From a virus (lineage: Duplodnaviria > Caudoviricetes), in IMG/VR virus record IMGVR_UViG_3300002307_000077, positions 1 to 47,423 of that record: a stretch of DNA of 47,423 nucleotides; one strand, written 5' to 3'. Position 1 is the first letter of the stretch; every line of letters begins with the position of its first letter. The notes beneath the pieces were generated by a model. The model was not told the DNA's origin, did no database searches, and was given only the letters and a program-made list of their open reading frames with translations. Positions 1 through 10,210 of the stretch are shown here, piece by piece. A program made the position numbers and the translations under genes.

Positions 1-3
1 AAG

Positions 4-468
4 ATGAAGCGCGAAGCCAAGATCATGGAGAATGAGGCAATCATCGCTGACCCCGACAAAAAGCCGTGGGAAAAGATGGTCGCTGAGGCCACCATCATTG
101 AATGCAAGTCGGCTGAAGACACATGGCGCAATAACCATGAAGCCGCCATCATGGAGCTGAAGACCATCAACGACCTGATGGCGGAGCTTGATCCGCAACG
201 CAAATACGGCCACCTCCCCATGTTGGAGGCCAATGAGGCCCACCAGCGCGACGAGTGGCTGGGTGAGTTGCAGGGCCGTGTGGAGAACTTCATTCTGTCT
301 CAGGGCAATATCCCGCACGATCACCTCAACACCATGCGCTGCCACCCAGACTTCGAGACAAAGATTGTGCCGCACATCAAGCAAGTCTTTACGGCTCTGG
401 CTGGAAAAAGTGAGCGTCTGGACCTTCTTACTCGTCAGGCTCCCATATTCTTGGAGGATAAATCGTGA
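4..468 (+). CDS. Hypothetical phage protein, probably 5'-truncated by the window edge
   Basis: Frame is open from position 1; helical, charged sequence; GTGA overlap with next gene. Confidence 0.7.
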   Translation: MKREAKIMENEAIIADPDKKPWEKMVAEATIIECKSAEDTWRNNHEAAIMELKTINDLMAELDPQRKYGHLPMLEANEAHQRDEWLGELQGRVENFILSQGNIPHDHLNTMRCHPDFETKIVPHIKQVFTALAGKSERLDLLTRQAPIFLEDKS

Positions 469-806
469 CTGGATACGTCAAAACAACGACCGACAATCAG
501 TTTGTCGAATACCCCTACGGCGCTGAAGAGCTGATGCGGGACAACCCCGGCTTTGGCTACACGCCTTACTCCGACTTTGTTGAGATTTTTCCCAACACTG
601 ACGCATATAAACTGCATGGATTTCGCATTCACTATGTTGAAATTGATGCCGATCCAACTTATGACGGTAAGACGCAAACGGTATCCCGTTCGCCTGAGCC
701 GTTTGTTCGTGATGGCAAGTGGGTCTTTTCATGGATTGTCCGTGACCTGACACCAGAAGAAATTGCCAACATGGAGAAGATGCAGGCTGAACTTCGTCGT
801 CCTTGA
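465..806 (+). CDS. Hypothetical protein, possibly tail-fibre assembly-like
   Basis: GGAGG RBS upstream of GTG; YPY...L..DNP and W...W.V..L..EE pattern typical of tail-associated small phage proteins. Confidence 0.6.
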   Translation: MTGYVKTTTDNQFVEYPYGAEELMRDNPGFGYTPYSDFVEIFPNTDAYKLHGFRIHYVEIDADPTYDGKTQTVSRSPEPFVRDGKWVFSWIVRDLTPEEIANMEKMQAELRRP

Positions 807-817
807 GGGGAAAAGGT

Positions 818-1453
818 ATGACTGACGAGCTTGAGCAAATACACTGTTTTCCTACGACTATTTATGTAGTTAAGAAGCCACAATTCTTAGACACGGTTCG
901 TCCAGTCGTTGATGAATACATTGAAAAGCGCAAGAAAGAACAGGGTCAACATAACGAAATTTACCCTGTTTACATGACCGACAATCTCTTTGAAGACCCG
1001 CGCCTAGAAGACTTCTGCGGATATATCGGCAGCACGGCGTGGAACATTCTTGGCGGTCAGGGCTATGACATGCCCAAGTTTAGCACCTCATTTACAGAAA
1101 TGTGGGGCCAGCACCACTACAAATACTCAGGCATGGACCAACACGTTCATCCCTACGGCTCACAGATCATCGGCTTTTACTTCCTCAGATCACCACAGGG
1201 CGGCTCTGCGGCCACATTCCATGACCCCCGCGCCGGAAAGGTGCAGGCCAGTCTGCCTGAGTTTGATATAGCCCAGATCAGCGGTGCTAGTAATCAGATC
1301 AATGTGGCTCCAGAGGCTGGGACCATGATCTTCACAAACGCTTGGTTGCCACACTCATTCACGCGCAACGGCTCTGAAGATCCAGTGACATTCATTCATT
1401 TCAATCTGAGCGTCATTGCCAATCCTCCTGCTCCGGCGGCTGAGGTGATCTAA
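818..1453 (+). CDS. Putative 2OG-Fe(II) oxygenase (TIGR02466-like)
   Basis: HVH metal motif, GFYFL, FHDPR, and distal WLPH histidine; ATG 818 preferred over TTG 803. Confidence 0.8.
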   Translation: MTDELEQIHCFPTTIYVVKKPQFLDTVRPVVDEYIEKRKKEQGQHNEIYPVYMTDNLFEDPRLEDFCGYIGSTAWNILGGQGYDMPKFSTSFTEMWGQHHYKYSGMDQHVHPYGSQIIGFYFLRSPQGGSAATFHDPRAGKVQASLPEFDIAQISGASNQINVAPEAGTMIFTNAWLPHSFTRNGSEDPVTFIHFNLSVIANPPAPAAEVI

Positions 1454-1677
1454 TGAAGTATCACATCAGATACAATAAGAGTGCTGGGGAGCCTTCGCGT
1501 GGCACTCCAGACCACAAGTGGCGGGTGTTTGAAAATGATAAAGAATATCTCTTCAAGAACTTCAAAGTGAATGTGCCGTGCCACAATGAGTTTGCTTACG
1601 GTGAGTGGAACTTGGCTTGCGAAGGTGTTTTAGTGATTGATCGGGAGACATCGACCGCGATCATCAATTTGGCATAG
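1453..1677 (+). CDS. Hypothetical protein (74 aa)
   Basis: TAATG coupling to upstream gene; fits operon. Confidence 0.7.
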   Translation: MKYHIRYNKSAGEPSRGTPDHKWRVFENDKEYLFKNFKVNVPCHNEFAYGEWNLACEGVLVIDRETSTAIINLA

Positions 1678-1685
1678 GGGGTAAC

Positions 1686-2789
1686 ATGCCATTGAAAATA
1701 TGCGTGTACGCTGTTGCGAAGAACGAAGAACAGTTTGTCGAACGGTTCTGCAATTCTGCTAAAGATGCTGATCTGATTCTGGTCGCAGACACTGGAAGCA
1801 CTGACAAGACTATAGACTATGCCCGTGATTGTGGGGCGGTAGTCCATAACATTCATGTACGCCCGTGGCGCTTCGACATTGCTCGTAATGCTGCCCTAGC
1901 CCTTATCCCCGCCGATATAGATGTTTGTATTAGTCTAGATCTGGATGAGGTGCTGGAGCCCGGTTGGCGTGAGGCTATTGAAGAAGTTTGGGAACAGGGA
2001 AAAACCACTAATCTCTGGTACTATTTTGACTGGGGTATGGGCATTAAGTTCCCTTATCGCAAGATCCACAGCCGTCATGGCTATCACTGGTTCCACCCGT
2101 GTCACGAAGATCTGCGTATTGATGCCCGTGTGGAAGAAGTTAAGGCTTGGGTCCCTAAATTGCTGGTTAGTCATCATCCAGACCCAACCAAGTCTCGCGG
2201 CCAGTATATGGAAATACTGGAAGTTGCGGTTAAAGAAGATGACCGCCAACCTACCCATTTCTTCTATTACAGCCGTGAACTGACGTTTTATGAGCGTTGG
2301 GATGAGGCAATTGTTGCTTTGAACAAGTACCTTTCTCTGGACGCAGCGAGCAATCAAAACGAACGCTGTTACGCCATGAGGCTGCTGGGTAAGTGCTACA
2401 GCGAGAAGAACAACTGGTACGAGGCTGAGAAGTGGTATCTACAGGCGGCTGGTGAAGCTCCCAATACCCGTGAGCCGTGGTGCGAATTAGCTATGCTTTA
2501 TTATCGCCAGAATCGGTGGCCTGAGTGTTTTGCCATGTCTATGCGGGCACTTCAGATTGTGGACCGGCAGCTAGTTTATACTTGCGATCCAGCAGTTTGG
2601 GGCTATTGGGCGCATGATTTATTGTCCATAGCAGCTTGGCATATGAATCTGTTTGATATATCTATTGAGCAGGCAAAGCTGGCTTTAGAACATGCTCCTG
2701 ATGACCCTAGATTACAGGCGAATCTTGTGTATGTAATGGGCAAACAAGAGACGGATCATGAGCCTGATGGACACGCAGACGCTGATTAA
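1686..2789 (+). CDS. Glycosyltransferase family 2 with C-terminal TPR repeats
   Basis: ICVYAVAKNEE, DTGSTD, ARNAAL, DLDE (DxD) motifs; TPR-like helices after about aa 185. Confidence 0.9.
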   Translation: MPLKICVYAVAKNEEQFVERFCNSAKDADLILVADTGSTDKTIDYARDCGAVVHNIHVRPWRFDIARNAALALIPADIDVCISLDLDEVLEPGWREAIEEVWEQGKTTNLWYYFDWGMGIKFPYRKIHSRHGYHWFHPCHEDLRIDARVEEVKAWVPKLLVSHHPDPTKSRGQYMEILEVAVKEDDRQPTHFFYYSRELTFYERWDEAIVALNKYLSLDAASNQNERCYAMRLLGKCYSEKNNWYEAEKWYLQAAGEAPNTREPWCELAMLYYRQNRWPECFAMSMRALQIVDRQLVYTCDPAVWGYWAHDLLSIAAWHMNLFDISIEQAKLALEHAPDDPRLQANLVYVMGKQETDHEPDGHADAD

Positions 2790-3000
2790 TTTAGCAGGTG
2801 GGACAACACTTGCGGTCATTGGCTGGTTTGCCCGATCAATTTATGATGCAGTCAACGAATTAAGACGGGATTTGCACGAAATTGAAGTAGATTTGCCCAA
2901 AAGTTACGTTTCAAAAGATGATTTCCAAGTAACAATGAAACACATAGAAGATATGTTCCAGCGTATATACGATAAGCTAGACAATAAGGCTGACAAATGA
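2758..3000 (+). CDS. Small membrane protein with coiled coil, candidate holin-type lysis protein
   Basis: N-terminal hydrophobic helix LAGGTTLAVIGWFA then heptads; lies upstream of endolysin; start may be 2767. Confidence 0.55.
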   Translation: MSLMDTQTLINLAGGTTLAVIGWFARSIYDAVNELRRDLHEIEVDLPKSYVSKDDFQVTMKHIEDMFQRIYDKLDNKADK

Positions 3001-3467
3001 TTTCTGCGGACTCCATTACCAAGCCTATTGCGGCTGCAACTGCAATTGTCACGCTGTTTGGTGGTGGGTATTCTATTTATGATAAAATGAAACCCGGACC
3101 CAAAAACATCCTAGAATGGGATGGAGATCATTTCAGTATCTCAAATGGGCCAGCTTCTGGTGAGTTCAAGGTAGTTGTTGCGCGGCAAAAGATCCGCGAT
3201 GACTGCACAGTTGAGGCTTTTGGCCTTGAAGTTCGGGATGCTAATTTCATTGTCCATAAGGCATCCTCATCTGTCTCCACGTTCTCTGGACCAGCCAGCC
3301 CTACGGTGGACAAGTTTGGCTACACAATGACAATCGAAAAGCCTGAAAGTGTGGCTTTGGGCAGCGCAAAGCTGATTGCCCGCATCACTTACAAGTGTCC
3401 AGAAGGCAATGTCATCATTGCTTATCCAGACCATAAGAACTTGAATTTCAATATTGAGGGCAGATAA
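2997..3467 (+). CDS. Membrane-anchored hypothetical protein in lysis cassette
   Basis: N-terminal TM (IAAATAIVTLFGGGY), beta-rich soluble part with two Cys. Confidence 0.6.
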   Translation: MISADSITKPIAAATAIVTLFGGGYSIYDKMKPGPKNILEWDGDHFSISNGPASGEFKVVVARQKIRDDCTVEAFGLEVRDANFIVHKASSSVSTFSGPASPTVDKFGYTMTIEKPESVALGSAKLIARITYKCPEGNVIIAYPDHKNLNFNIEGR

Positions 3468-3469
3468 TC

Positions 3470-4201
3470 ATGCGTATGTCAGATCAGGGCATAGACGCCC
3501 TTCTCAAGAAGTTTGAGGGCTGCAAGCTAAAGGCTTACAAAGACCCTGTAGCCATTTGGACTATTGGCTACGGCCATACTTCCGCCGCTGGCGCACCTGA
3601 TGTCACTGAAGGTCTTACGATCACTCAAGCTGAAGCTGAAGAAATCCTAAAGCGAGATTTGGTCAAATACGAGAAGCCTGTGGCCGATCTAGTCAAGGTT
3701 CCCCTTAGCCAGCACCAGTTCGATGTTCTGGTGGACTTTTGCTATAATGCTGGTGTCGGCAACCTAAAATCCTCAACCCTTCTCAAGCGGGTAAATGCAG
3801 GTGACTTTGATGCTGTCCCTAATGAGCTGATGAAGTGGACTAAGGCCAAAGGTAAGGAATTGCCGGGGCTAGTTCGTCGCCGCAGGGCAGAATCCGAATG
3901 GTGGCGTGATTTAAATAACAAGCCAGTGGTTGAGGAAGACCAAAGGGTTGAGCCGGACACCGTTCCTGTCAAAACCATTACTGAGAGCAAACAGGCCAAT
4001 GGAGCCGTTGTTCTTGGAGCTTTAGGGTCTGTCGGGGCTGCGAAAGAAGTAATGACGCAGGTTCAGGAGGCCAATGGCCTGTTTGGGTCAGCTATCGCAA
4101 TGGCTCAGGACATGAATTTCCTAATCATGTTAGCTGTGGTCGGCATTGGGGCGGCTATCTGGTACTGGCGTAAACAGAACTTAGAGAAGCACGGGGTATG
4201 A
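3470..4201 (+). CDS. Endolysin, GH24 (T4 lysozyme-like) with C-terminal hydrophobic segments
   Basis: E-X8-D-X5-T triad in FEGCKLKAYKDPVAIWTIGYGHT; YNAG; GLVRRRRAE; C-terminal FLIMLAVVGIGAAIWYW. Confidence 0.93.
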   Translation: MRMSDQGIDALLKKFEGCKLKAYKDPVAIWTIGYGHTSAAGAPDVTEGLTITQAEAEEILKRDLVKYEKPVADLVKVPLSQHQFDVLVDFCYNAGVGNLKSSTLLKRVNAGDFDAVPNELMKWTKAKGKELPGLVRRRRAESEWWRDLNNKPVVEEDQRVEPDTVPVKTITESKQANGAVVLGALGSVGAAKEVMTQVQEANGLFGSAIAMAQDMNFLIMLAVVGIGAAIWYWRKQNLEKHGV

Positions 4202-4428
4202 TAGCTTTTCTATTCACCCCCGTAGGTCGGTATGTCGCCATAGGAATCATTGTTTTCATGGCGGCGGCTGGCGCTTATTGGAAGATTAGGGCTGATGCTG
4301 TGGCTGAAATTGAGGCCGCTGCAACTGCGGATGCTGTCAGGAGAATGGAAAATGCGATACGCGCTGGTGATGCTGCTGGTACTTCCCCTGACAAATTGCG
4401 CCAGTCTGACGGCAACGCCCGTGACTAA
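4198..4428 (+). CDS. Inner-membrane spanin (Rz-like)
   Basis: N-terminal TM followed by Ala-rich helix, directly after endolysin. Confidence 0.7.
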   Translation: MIAFLFTPVGRYVAIGIIVFMAAAGAYWKIRADAVAEIEAAATADAVRRMENAIRAGDAAGTSPDKLRQSDGNARD

Positions 4429-4549
4429 TGGGGCTGTTTGCAGCGTCTGGAAGCCGGTATCTTGGTCCAAGAAAGACACTGATCTGACAATTACAGAGAT
4501 AAAAGTGAACAATGCCCGCCGAGAGGGATGGTGCGAAGGACAGAAATAA
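4352..4549 (+). CDS. Outer-membrane lipoprotein spanin (Rz1-like), overlapping the i-spanin
   Basis: MRYALVMLLVLPLTNC signal with lipobox Cys; starts inside the i-spanin gene in another frame. Confidence 0.75.
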   Translation: MRYALVMLLVLPLTNCASLTATPVTNGAVCSVWKPVSWSKKDTDLTITEIKVNNARREGWCEGQK

Positions 4550-4581
4550 GTGCTATAATCAGCATTTAAAGGAATTGAAAT

Positions 4582-5331
4582 ATGACTACTGGTCTTTCGT
4601 ACAATGGCAGCGTGGCTGGTACTACCAGTTATGTATCTCAAATTGCCACTATGGCAGTGGTTGAGTCAACAAACACAGAGTTCCAGATTGTATTGCCCCA
4701 GATGATTACATACGCGGAAAACCGTATGTACAGGGATCTTGACTTCCTTTTTACCTCTACCGCCTTAACAGGTTATAGCTTGACTGCTGGCAACAGACAA
4801 TTGACTATTCCTGATGGGGCAATCGTTGTCAGTGAACAAATCAACATTTTGACTCCGGTTGGTCAGTCTAATCCCGATGCTTCCACTGCTACCAGAAACC
4901 CTTGTTTGCCAACTACAAAAGAGTTCTTGGACGCAGTGTACGGTTCAAATGCTTCAGCAGATCGTGGTTTGCCACAGTATTTCGTACCATTTAATGACAA
5001 TTTGTTCCTAGTTGGCCCAGTACCTGATGCAAGTTACGGGGTCGAGATTATCGGCACATACCGCCCTGCCAGTTTGTCAGCAACAAATCAAACAACATTT
5101 ATCAGCCTATATCTGCCTGATGTATTCATTATGGCTTCTATGATCTATATTTCAGCCTATCAACGCAACTTTGGTCGCCAAAACGATGATCCGCAGATGG
5201 CAGTCAGCTATGAGAGCCAGTATCAGGCCCTGCTGAAAGGTGCTGCTGTTGAGGAAGCTCGTAAGAAGTTTGAGGCTTCTGGGTGGACTTCTCAGTCACC
5301 GTCACCCGTTGCAACTCCATCACGGGGCTAA
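4582..5331 (+). CDS. Head-tail adaptor / tail tubular protein A-like
   Basis: Size, position before nozzle, ITYAENRMYRDL and LFLVGPVPD..Y.VEI motifs of podovirus adaptors. Confidence 0.65.
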   Translation: MTTGLSYNGSVAGTTSYVSQIATMAVVESTNTEFQIVLPQMITYAENRMYRDLDFLFTSTALTGYSLTAGNRQLTIPDGAIVVSEQINILTPVGQSNPDASTATRNPCLPTTKEFLDAVYGSNASADRGLPQYFVPFNDNLFLVGPVPDASYGVEIIGTYRPASLSATNQTTFISLYLPDVFIMASMIYISAYQRNFGRQNDDPQMAVSYESQYQALLKGAAVEEARKKFEASGWTSQSPSPVATPSRG

Positions 5332-5334
5332 AAC

Positions 5335-7473
5335 ATGGCTCATGCTAGTGTCAAGCTCAACCCCGGCGTCGATCAGAACGAAACGCCAGCTCTTAATGAG
5401 ACTGGCATTTCTACATCTAATTTGATCCGATTCATCCCAGATCGCGTACAAGGCGCTTTGACACAGAAGCTGGGTGGTTGGACTAAGTATCCCAACTCTG
5501 GCCAAGCTGCTATGCCAGCCGTTGTCCGTGCTCTGTGGGCTTGGGAAGATACTAACGCTAATTCTCATTTAGCGGTGGGGACGGGTAATAGTACAGCGAA
5601 CGTATCTTATCTTGCTGTTTTTACTGGTGCTACTTCACAAGAAATTACACCGACAACGCTATATGATGATACAACTGTTGCCCTATCAACAACAGCCTTA
5701 TCCTCAACTGTAACTATTACAGATGCAGTTACGGCAAATGTTAGTTCTCTTGATACCGTTTATATTGTTACGCCTATTAGTGTTGGTGGCTTGATTCTTT
5801 CTGGCCTTTATTCGTGCACCAATATCAGCTCCACACAATATTCTATTACTGCCACCAACGTGCTGGGCGCTCCATTAGGAGCAACTTCTACAGTGAGCGC
5901 AGGCGGCGCTGTACCGCAATATACAACTACAAGCGGCAGTAGTGTGGTTACAGTGACCCTTAACAATCATACATATATTAATGGCGACACGTTTGCAGCT
6001 TTGATTTCTACAACGGTCGGCGGCGTTACTATCTTTGGTAATTACATTGTCAGTGGCGTTGCATCTACTACATTCTATATTCAAGTAGCATCAAATGCGA
6101 CTTCATCGACATCTGCTTACATGAATGGCGGTAATGCCAGATATATTTACAGCAAGGGCACTGGCGGTGCGGTTTCTGGCACTGGATATGGCTACGGAAC
6201 TTATGATGGTGGCATTTACGGCACGGGTAACGGTGGTGGAGTAACCCCCGGAACTGGTGACAAAATCCCATCTACAGACTGGACATTAGATAACTGGGGC
6301 GAGATTCTTCTTGCTTGCAGCCATGAGACAACGATTGATGATGTTCCGTTTACTCCAGTATATAGCTGGTCGCCTATATCCGGGCAGACAACAGCTAACA
6401 TTATTCCTGAATCTCCGCCTGTTAACGAAGGCATATTTACTGCTATGCCTCAACGGCAAATCATTGCGTATGGATCAACAGATAACGGCATCCAAGATCC
6501 GCTTTTGATCCGTTGGTGTGACGTTAACGATTACAATTCATGGATTGCGCTTCCCACCAATCAGGCTGGCGAATACCGTGTCCCAAAGGGCTCAAAAATT
6601 ATTGGTGGCATTCAAGGTCCTCAACAGGGCCTGATTTGGACAGATCTTGCCATTTGGGCCATGCAGTACGTTGGTTTGCCTTACGTTTATCAGTTCAACG
6701 AAATTGCTACTGGTTGCGGTCTGATAGCTAAAAAGGCTGCAACTTCTCTTGGCGGCATAGTGTATTGGATGGGTGCAAGCCAGTTCTATATGCTTGGCCC
6801 CAATGGTGTTCAGCCAGTAGTCTGCCCAATCTGGGACGTAATCTTCCAAGATCTAGATACTTCTGCTGCCGCATTAAAGAGAATCCGCGTGGCTGCTAAC
6901 TCACGGTTTGGGGAAATTGCTTGGTATTACCCCAGCAAATCAAACGGTGGTGAAGTTACAAACTACGTTAAATACAATGTTAATTTGCAAAAGTGGGACT
7001 ACGGCACTCTTACCCGCACCGCATGGATAAATGAATCCGTTCTAGGCCCGCCTATTGGGGCTGGAGTCCTTCCCGGCAGCACTGGCAGCTATCTCGTACA
7101 GCACGAAACATCCCCGGATGCCGTTAATAGTAACGGCGTAGCTGTAGCAATGAACTCATCATTCCGCACTGGTTACTTTACCATGCAGGAAGGCGATTTA
7201 AAAACATTTATAGATCAAGTATGGCCTGATTTTAAGTGGGGTTATTTTGGCGGCACACAGAACGCTGAAGTTCAGCTTCAGTTTTTCTATACTGATTATG
7301 CCGGTCAAACGCCGCAATCATCGCCCATTTTCACTATGACTCAGGCTACAACATACATTACGCCTCGAATACGAGGGCGTTTGGTGTCTATCAGTATATC
7401 TAGCAGCGATATAGGCAGCTTTTGGCGTATTGGTAATGTGCGCTATAGGCTACAACCTGATGGCAAATACTAA
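5335..7473 (+). CDS. Tail nozzle / DNA stabilisation protein (P22 gp10-like)
   Basis: Beta-propeller-like motifs (WTLDNWGE, PLLIRWCD, IATGCGLI, VYWMG) with a Thr/Ser-rich beta insert. Confidence 0.75.
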   Translation: MAHASVKLNPGVDQNETPALNETGISTSNLIRFIPDRVQGALTQKLGGWTKYPNSGQAAMPAVVRALWAWEDTNANSHLAVGTGNSTANVSYLAVFTGATSQEITPTTLYDDTTVALSTTALSSTVTITDAVTANVSSLDTVYIVTPISVGGLILSGLYSCTNISSTQYSITATNVLGAPLGATSTVSAGGAVPQYTTTSGSSVVTVTLNNHTYINGDTFAALISTTVGGVTIFGNYIVSGVASTTFYIQVASNATSSTSAYMNGGNARYIYSKGTGGAVSGTGYGYGTYDGGIYGTGNGGGVTPGTGDKIPSTDWTLDNWGEILLACSHETTIDDVPFTPVYSWSPISGQTTANIIPESPPVNEGIFTAMPQRQIIAYGSTDNGIQDPLLIRWCDVNDYNSWIALPTNQAGEYRVPKGSKIIGGIQGPQQGLIWTDLAIWAMQYVGLPYVYQFNEIATGCGLIAKKAATSLGGIVYWMGASQFYMLGPNGVQPVVCPIWDVIFQDLDTSAAALKRIRVAANSRFGEIAWYYPSKSNGGEVTNYVKYNVNLQKWDYGTLTRTAWINESVLGPPIGAGVLPGSTGSYLVQHETSPDAVNSNGVAVAMNSSFRTGYFTMQEGDLKTFIDQVWPDFKWGYFGGTQNAEVQLQFFYTDYAGQTPQSSPIFTMTQATTYITPRIRGRLVSISISSSDIGSFWRIGNVRYRLQPDGKY

Positions 7474-9851
7474 TGGCTAATGTCCCGTACATACTTGGTA
7501 ATTCATACCTAGATGCCAACTTTGCAGCTCTGGTCGCAGGGCAAGCCGGGTGGTTCAACGTATTTGTGTATGGTGCTACGGGTAATGGCGTTACGGATGA
7601 CACTGTTGCCATCCAAGCAGCTTATACGGCTGCTGCGGCATATGCAGCTACAAATGGTGGCGCAACGGTCTTTTTCCCTGATGGGACATACCTTATCAGT
7701 GACGAAATTGCAGTTTCTGTATCTAATATCACACTGCGTGGTGCTGGGTTCAGAACAGCTATTCTAAAGCAATCGAATACAGCTAAAAACGTAATCAAAA
7801 ATACTGCCAGCAATAATGCTTTTTTAGACCTGACTTTGACATATTCGACACAAGGAGCCATCAATACGTCTGGCTTTTTGTCACAAGGTGCGGGCGGTGC
7901 TGCTAATACGCAAGTATTTAATACCGTTGTAACTAATCTTGCGGTCTATAACTCCTACGATGCTATCCAAAGTAATTGGGAAAATGGTTGCTTTTACAGC
8001 AATATCTTTATTGGAACAGTTGGAAGCAATACAAAACGGTATGGGGTTTATTTAAATCAGTCTGCAAATGTCACCTTAAGCCAATACCTAGTTTTAAATG
8101 TTGATCCATCTGGAACTTTAAGCGGTGCTGCAATTTGTCTGAACGGTGGATATACTCAAGGGTGCGTCATTAAAGACGGCGAGTTCTATAATAATAACCG
8201 CCCGTTGCTTATTACCGGCACAGCAAATGGATCAGGCACTGCCCCAACATATTTGGGGAGCCCAGCTCATTGCTATTTTTTAAATGGATTCTACGACAGC
8301 GGTAGAATTGATTCATACATCCAGTATGGCCAGAATCTTGTATTTACAAATTGCTGGTTCTCTGGTGGCCGTACTTCATCCGGTTATCCGGGCCTTACAA
8401 TTAGTAATTGTATCGAAGCATCGTTTGTAAATTGCCAATTTGCCGTTAGTGGCGCTGAAGGTTGTTACGTTAATAACACTTCTAAGGATCTTATCTTTGA
8501 TGGCTGTTCGTTCTTAAACAACTCGTATTCTGCCGGTTCCGGCGCTAAGAGCGGCCTTTATATTGCGGCAGGAACGCAGTATTTTACCATTGCCAACTGC
8601 AATGCTGGCATGAGCTCCTACATAGCTGGCTACGGAAACCAAAAATACGGCATCGAAATCGCCGGAACTACTGCTGATTATTTCAATGTTTCCGGCTGTA
8701 ATTTTGAAGGCAATTTGACTGGCGGCTTAAGTAATGGATCTACCCAGTCCCATTGGACGGTTAGCGATCCTAAGAGCGGTTTAATCCAGACATCTGGTAC
8801 TGGCGGGTCATCCGGTTCTACCGGCTTTGCTCTTTCGCCATCCAGCAAGGCTGCTTTCTGGCAAACTGGCACATATGTCAATTTAAATCTAAGCCAATAT
8901 GCCTCAGTATCTTATAATGGCAGCACTTCCACCCCCATTATGACTGCTAACATTGATACTGTTGGCGGCGGTTCATCTACACAAATGTGGGCTGCAAGTG
9001 GTTCTGGGTCAACATATACATTTACATTAGGTTCTGGCGTAAACTTGTCTGCCAGCGGGACTATCCAATCTTCTGCTATATGGTCAGGTTCTGGGACAGC
9101 AAATACTGTAGGTACACAATATGCGTATCTTTGGTCGCAGTCTGGTCCATATGGTGGCGTCCAGCTAGGGTCCAACACATCTGTTTATGGCAATCCAAGT
9201 GGAGACTTATATCTCAACAGTGCTACAGGCGGAGCCGCTTGTCTAAAGTTCGAGAGTGGTGCTGCTACCTTCAGGTCTGCGCTAACTGTATATGCTGGTA
9301 ATATACAATCTAGCGGCAGTGTGACGGGGACTAGCTTTATTGTCTCACCCGGCATCTCGTACACATATAGCGGTGGATATGGCAGCATTAACTTTGCCAG
9401 CAATACGTCAATCTATGGCAACGGTAGTCAGATGGCTGGCGCTGTTGGGGGCTCCACAGCATATATTTATACAACAAGCTCATTTACGCTTGGATCTGGA
9501 ATAACTGCGGCCAACGCATTTGGCTTCACGGCTTGGACAAACGTGTCTGATGAGCGGTTAAAAAAGAATATTGAGCCATACACAGTCGGGTTTAAAGACG
9601 TAGCAGACTTGAAGCCTGTTTATTACCAGTACAATGGGCAGGGCGGAACTGTAGATGATGGCCGCAAATTTGTCGGGTTTATTGCTCAAGACATTGAAAA
9701 AACTTCATTCTCTAGCATGGTACAAGATCATGACTTTGAAGGTGAGGCTTACAAAACGGTGAATACAAGTGAGCTTATTTTTGCGCTTGTTAATACTGTT
9801 AAGGAATTGGAAGCCCGCATTAAGGTGCTGGAAGAAAAGGCAGGAGCTTAA
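7473..9851 (+). CDS. Tailspike with pectate-lyase-like beta-helix and C-terminal peptidase S74 chaperone
   Basis: YGATGNGVTDDTVAIQAA...VFFPDGTY start of beta-helix; SDERLKKNI cleavage motif, GFIAQD, terminal coiled coil. Confidence 0.88.
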   Translation: MANVPYILGNSYLDANFAALVAGQAGWFNVFVYGATGNGVTDDTVAIQAAYTAAAAYAATNGGATVFFPDGTYLISDEIAVSVSNITLRGAGFRTAILKQSNTAKNVIKNTASNNAFLDLTLTYSTQGAINTSGFLSQGAGGAANTQVFNTVVTNLAVYNSYDAIQSNWENGCFYSNIFIGTVGSNTKRYGVYLNQSANVTLSQYLVLNVDPSGTLSGAAICLNGGYTQGCVIKDGEFYNNNRPLLITGTANGSGTAPTYLGSPAHCYFLNGFYDSGRIDSYIQYGQNLVFTNCWFSGGRTSSGYPGLTISNCIEASFVNCQFAVSGAEGCYVNNTSKDLIFDGCSFLNNSYSAGSGAKSGLYIAAGTQYFTIANCNAGMSSYIAGYGNQKYGIEIAGTTADYFNVSGCNFEGNLTGGLSNGSTQSHWTVSDPKSGLIQTSGTGGSSGSTGFALSPSSKAAFWQTGTYVNLNLSQYASVSYNGSTSTPIMTANIDTVGGGSSTQMWAASGSGSTYTFTLGSGVNLSASGTIQSSAIWSGSGTANTVGTQYAYLWSQSGPYGGVQLGSNTSVYGNPSGDLYLNSATGGAACLKFESGAATFRSALTVYAGNIQSSGSVTGTSFIVSPGISYTYSGGYGSINFASNTSIYGNGSQMAGAVGGSTAYIYTTSSFTLGSGITAANAFGFTAWTNVSDERLKKNIEPYTVGFKDVADLKPVYYQYNGQGGTVDDGRKFVGFIAQDIEKTSFSSMVQDHDFEGEAYKTVNTSELIFALVNTVKELEARIKVLEEKAGA

Positions 9852-9852
9852 C

Positions 9853-10203
9853 GTGGCCTCATTAGATGACATTTTAACAACTGCCAAAAACATTGTTACT
9901 GCCATTAACGGCATTTCCAACAAACTTGACAGGTTCTCTGCGTCCGGCGCTTCCTATACATATGCCAATATTACTGCTACTACTTTGATTAAATCGGGAT
10001 CTGGAAGCATAGCTGTGGTAAGCGTTACGACACCGGGAACTACAAGTGGTACGATTTACGATGCCAATGCTGTTGGCGTTACCTCTAGCCCTATATTTAA
10101 GATTCCTATGACTGTAGGACTTACAATTGTAAATATGCCTGTTTCAAATGGCATTGTTGTTGCTCCGGGTACGGGACAGGCCGTATCCATAAGTTATTCG
10201 TGA
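9853..10203 (+). CDS. Hypothetical virion-associated protein (116 aa)
   Basis: AGGAG RBS before GTG 9853; beta-rich C-terminal half. Confidence 0.65.
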   Translation: MASLDDILTTAKNIVTAINGISNKLDRFSASGASYTYANITATTLIKSGSGSIAVVSVTTPGTTSGTIYDANAVGVTSSPIFKIPMTVGLTIVNMPVSNGIVVAPGTGQAVSISYS

Positions 10204-10210
10204 GGTTTTA

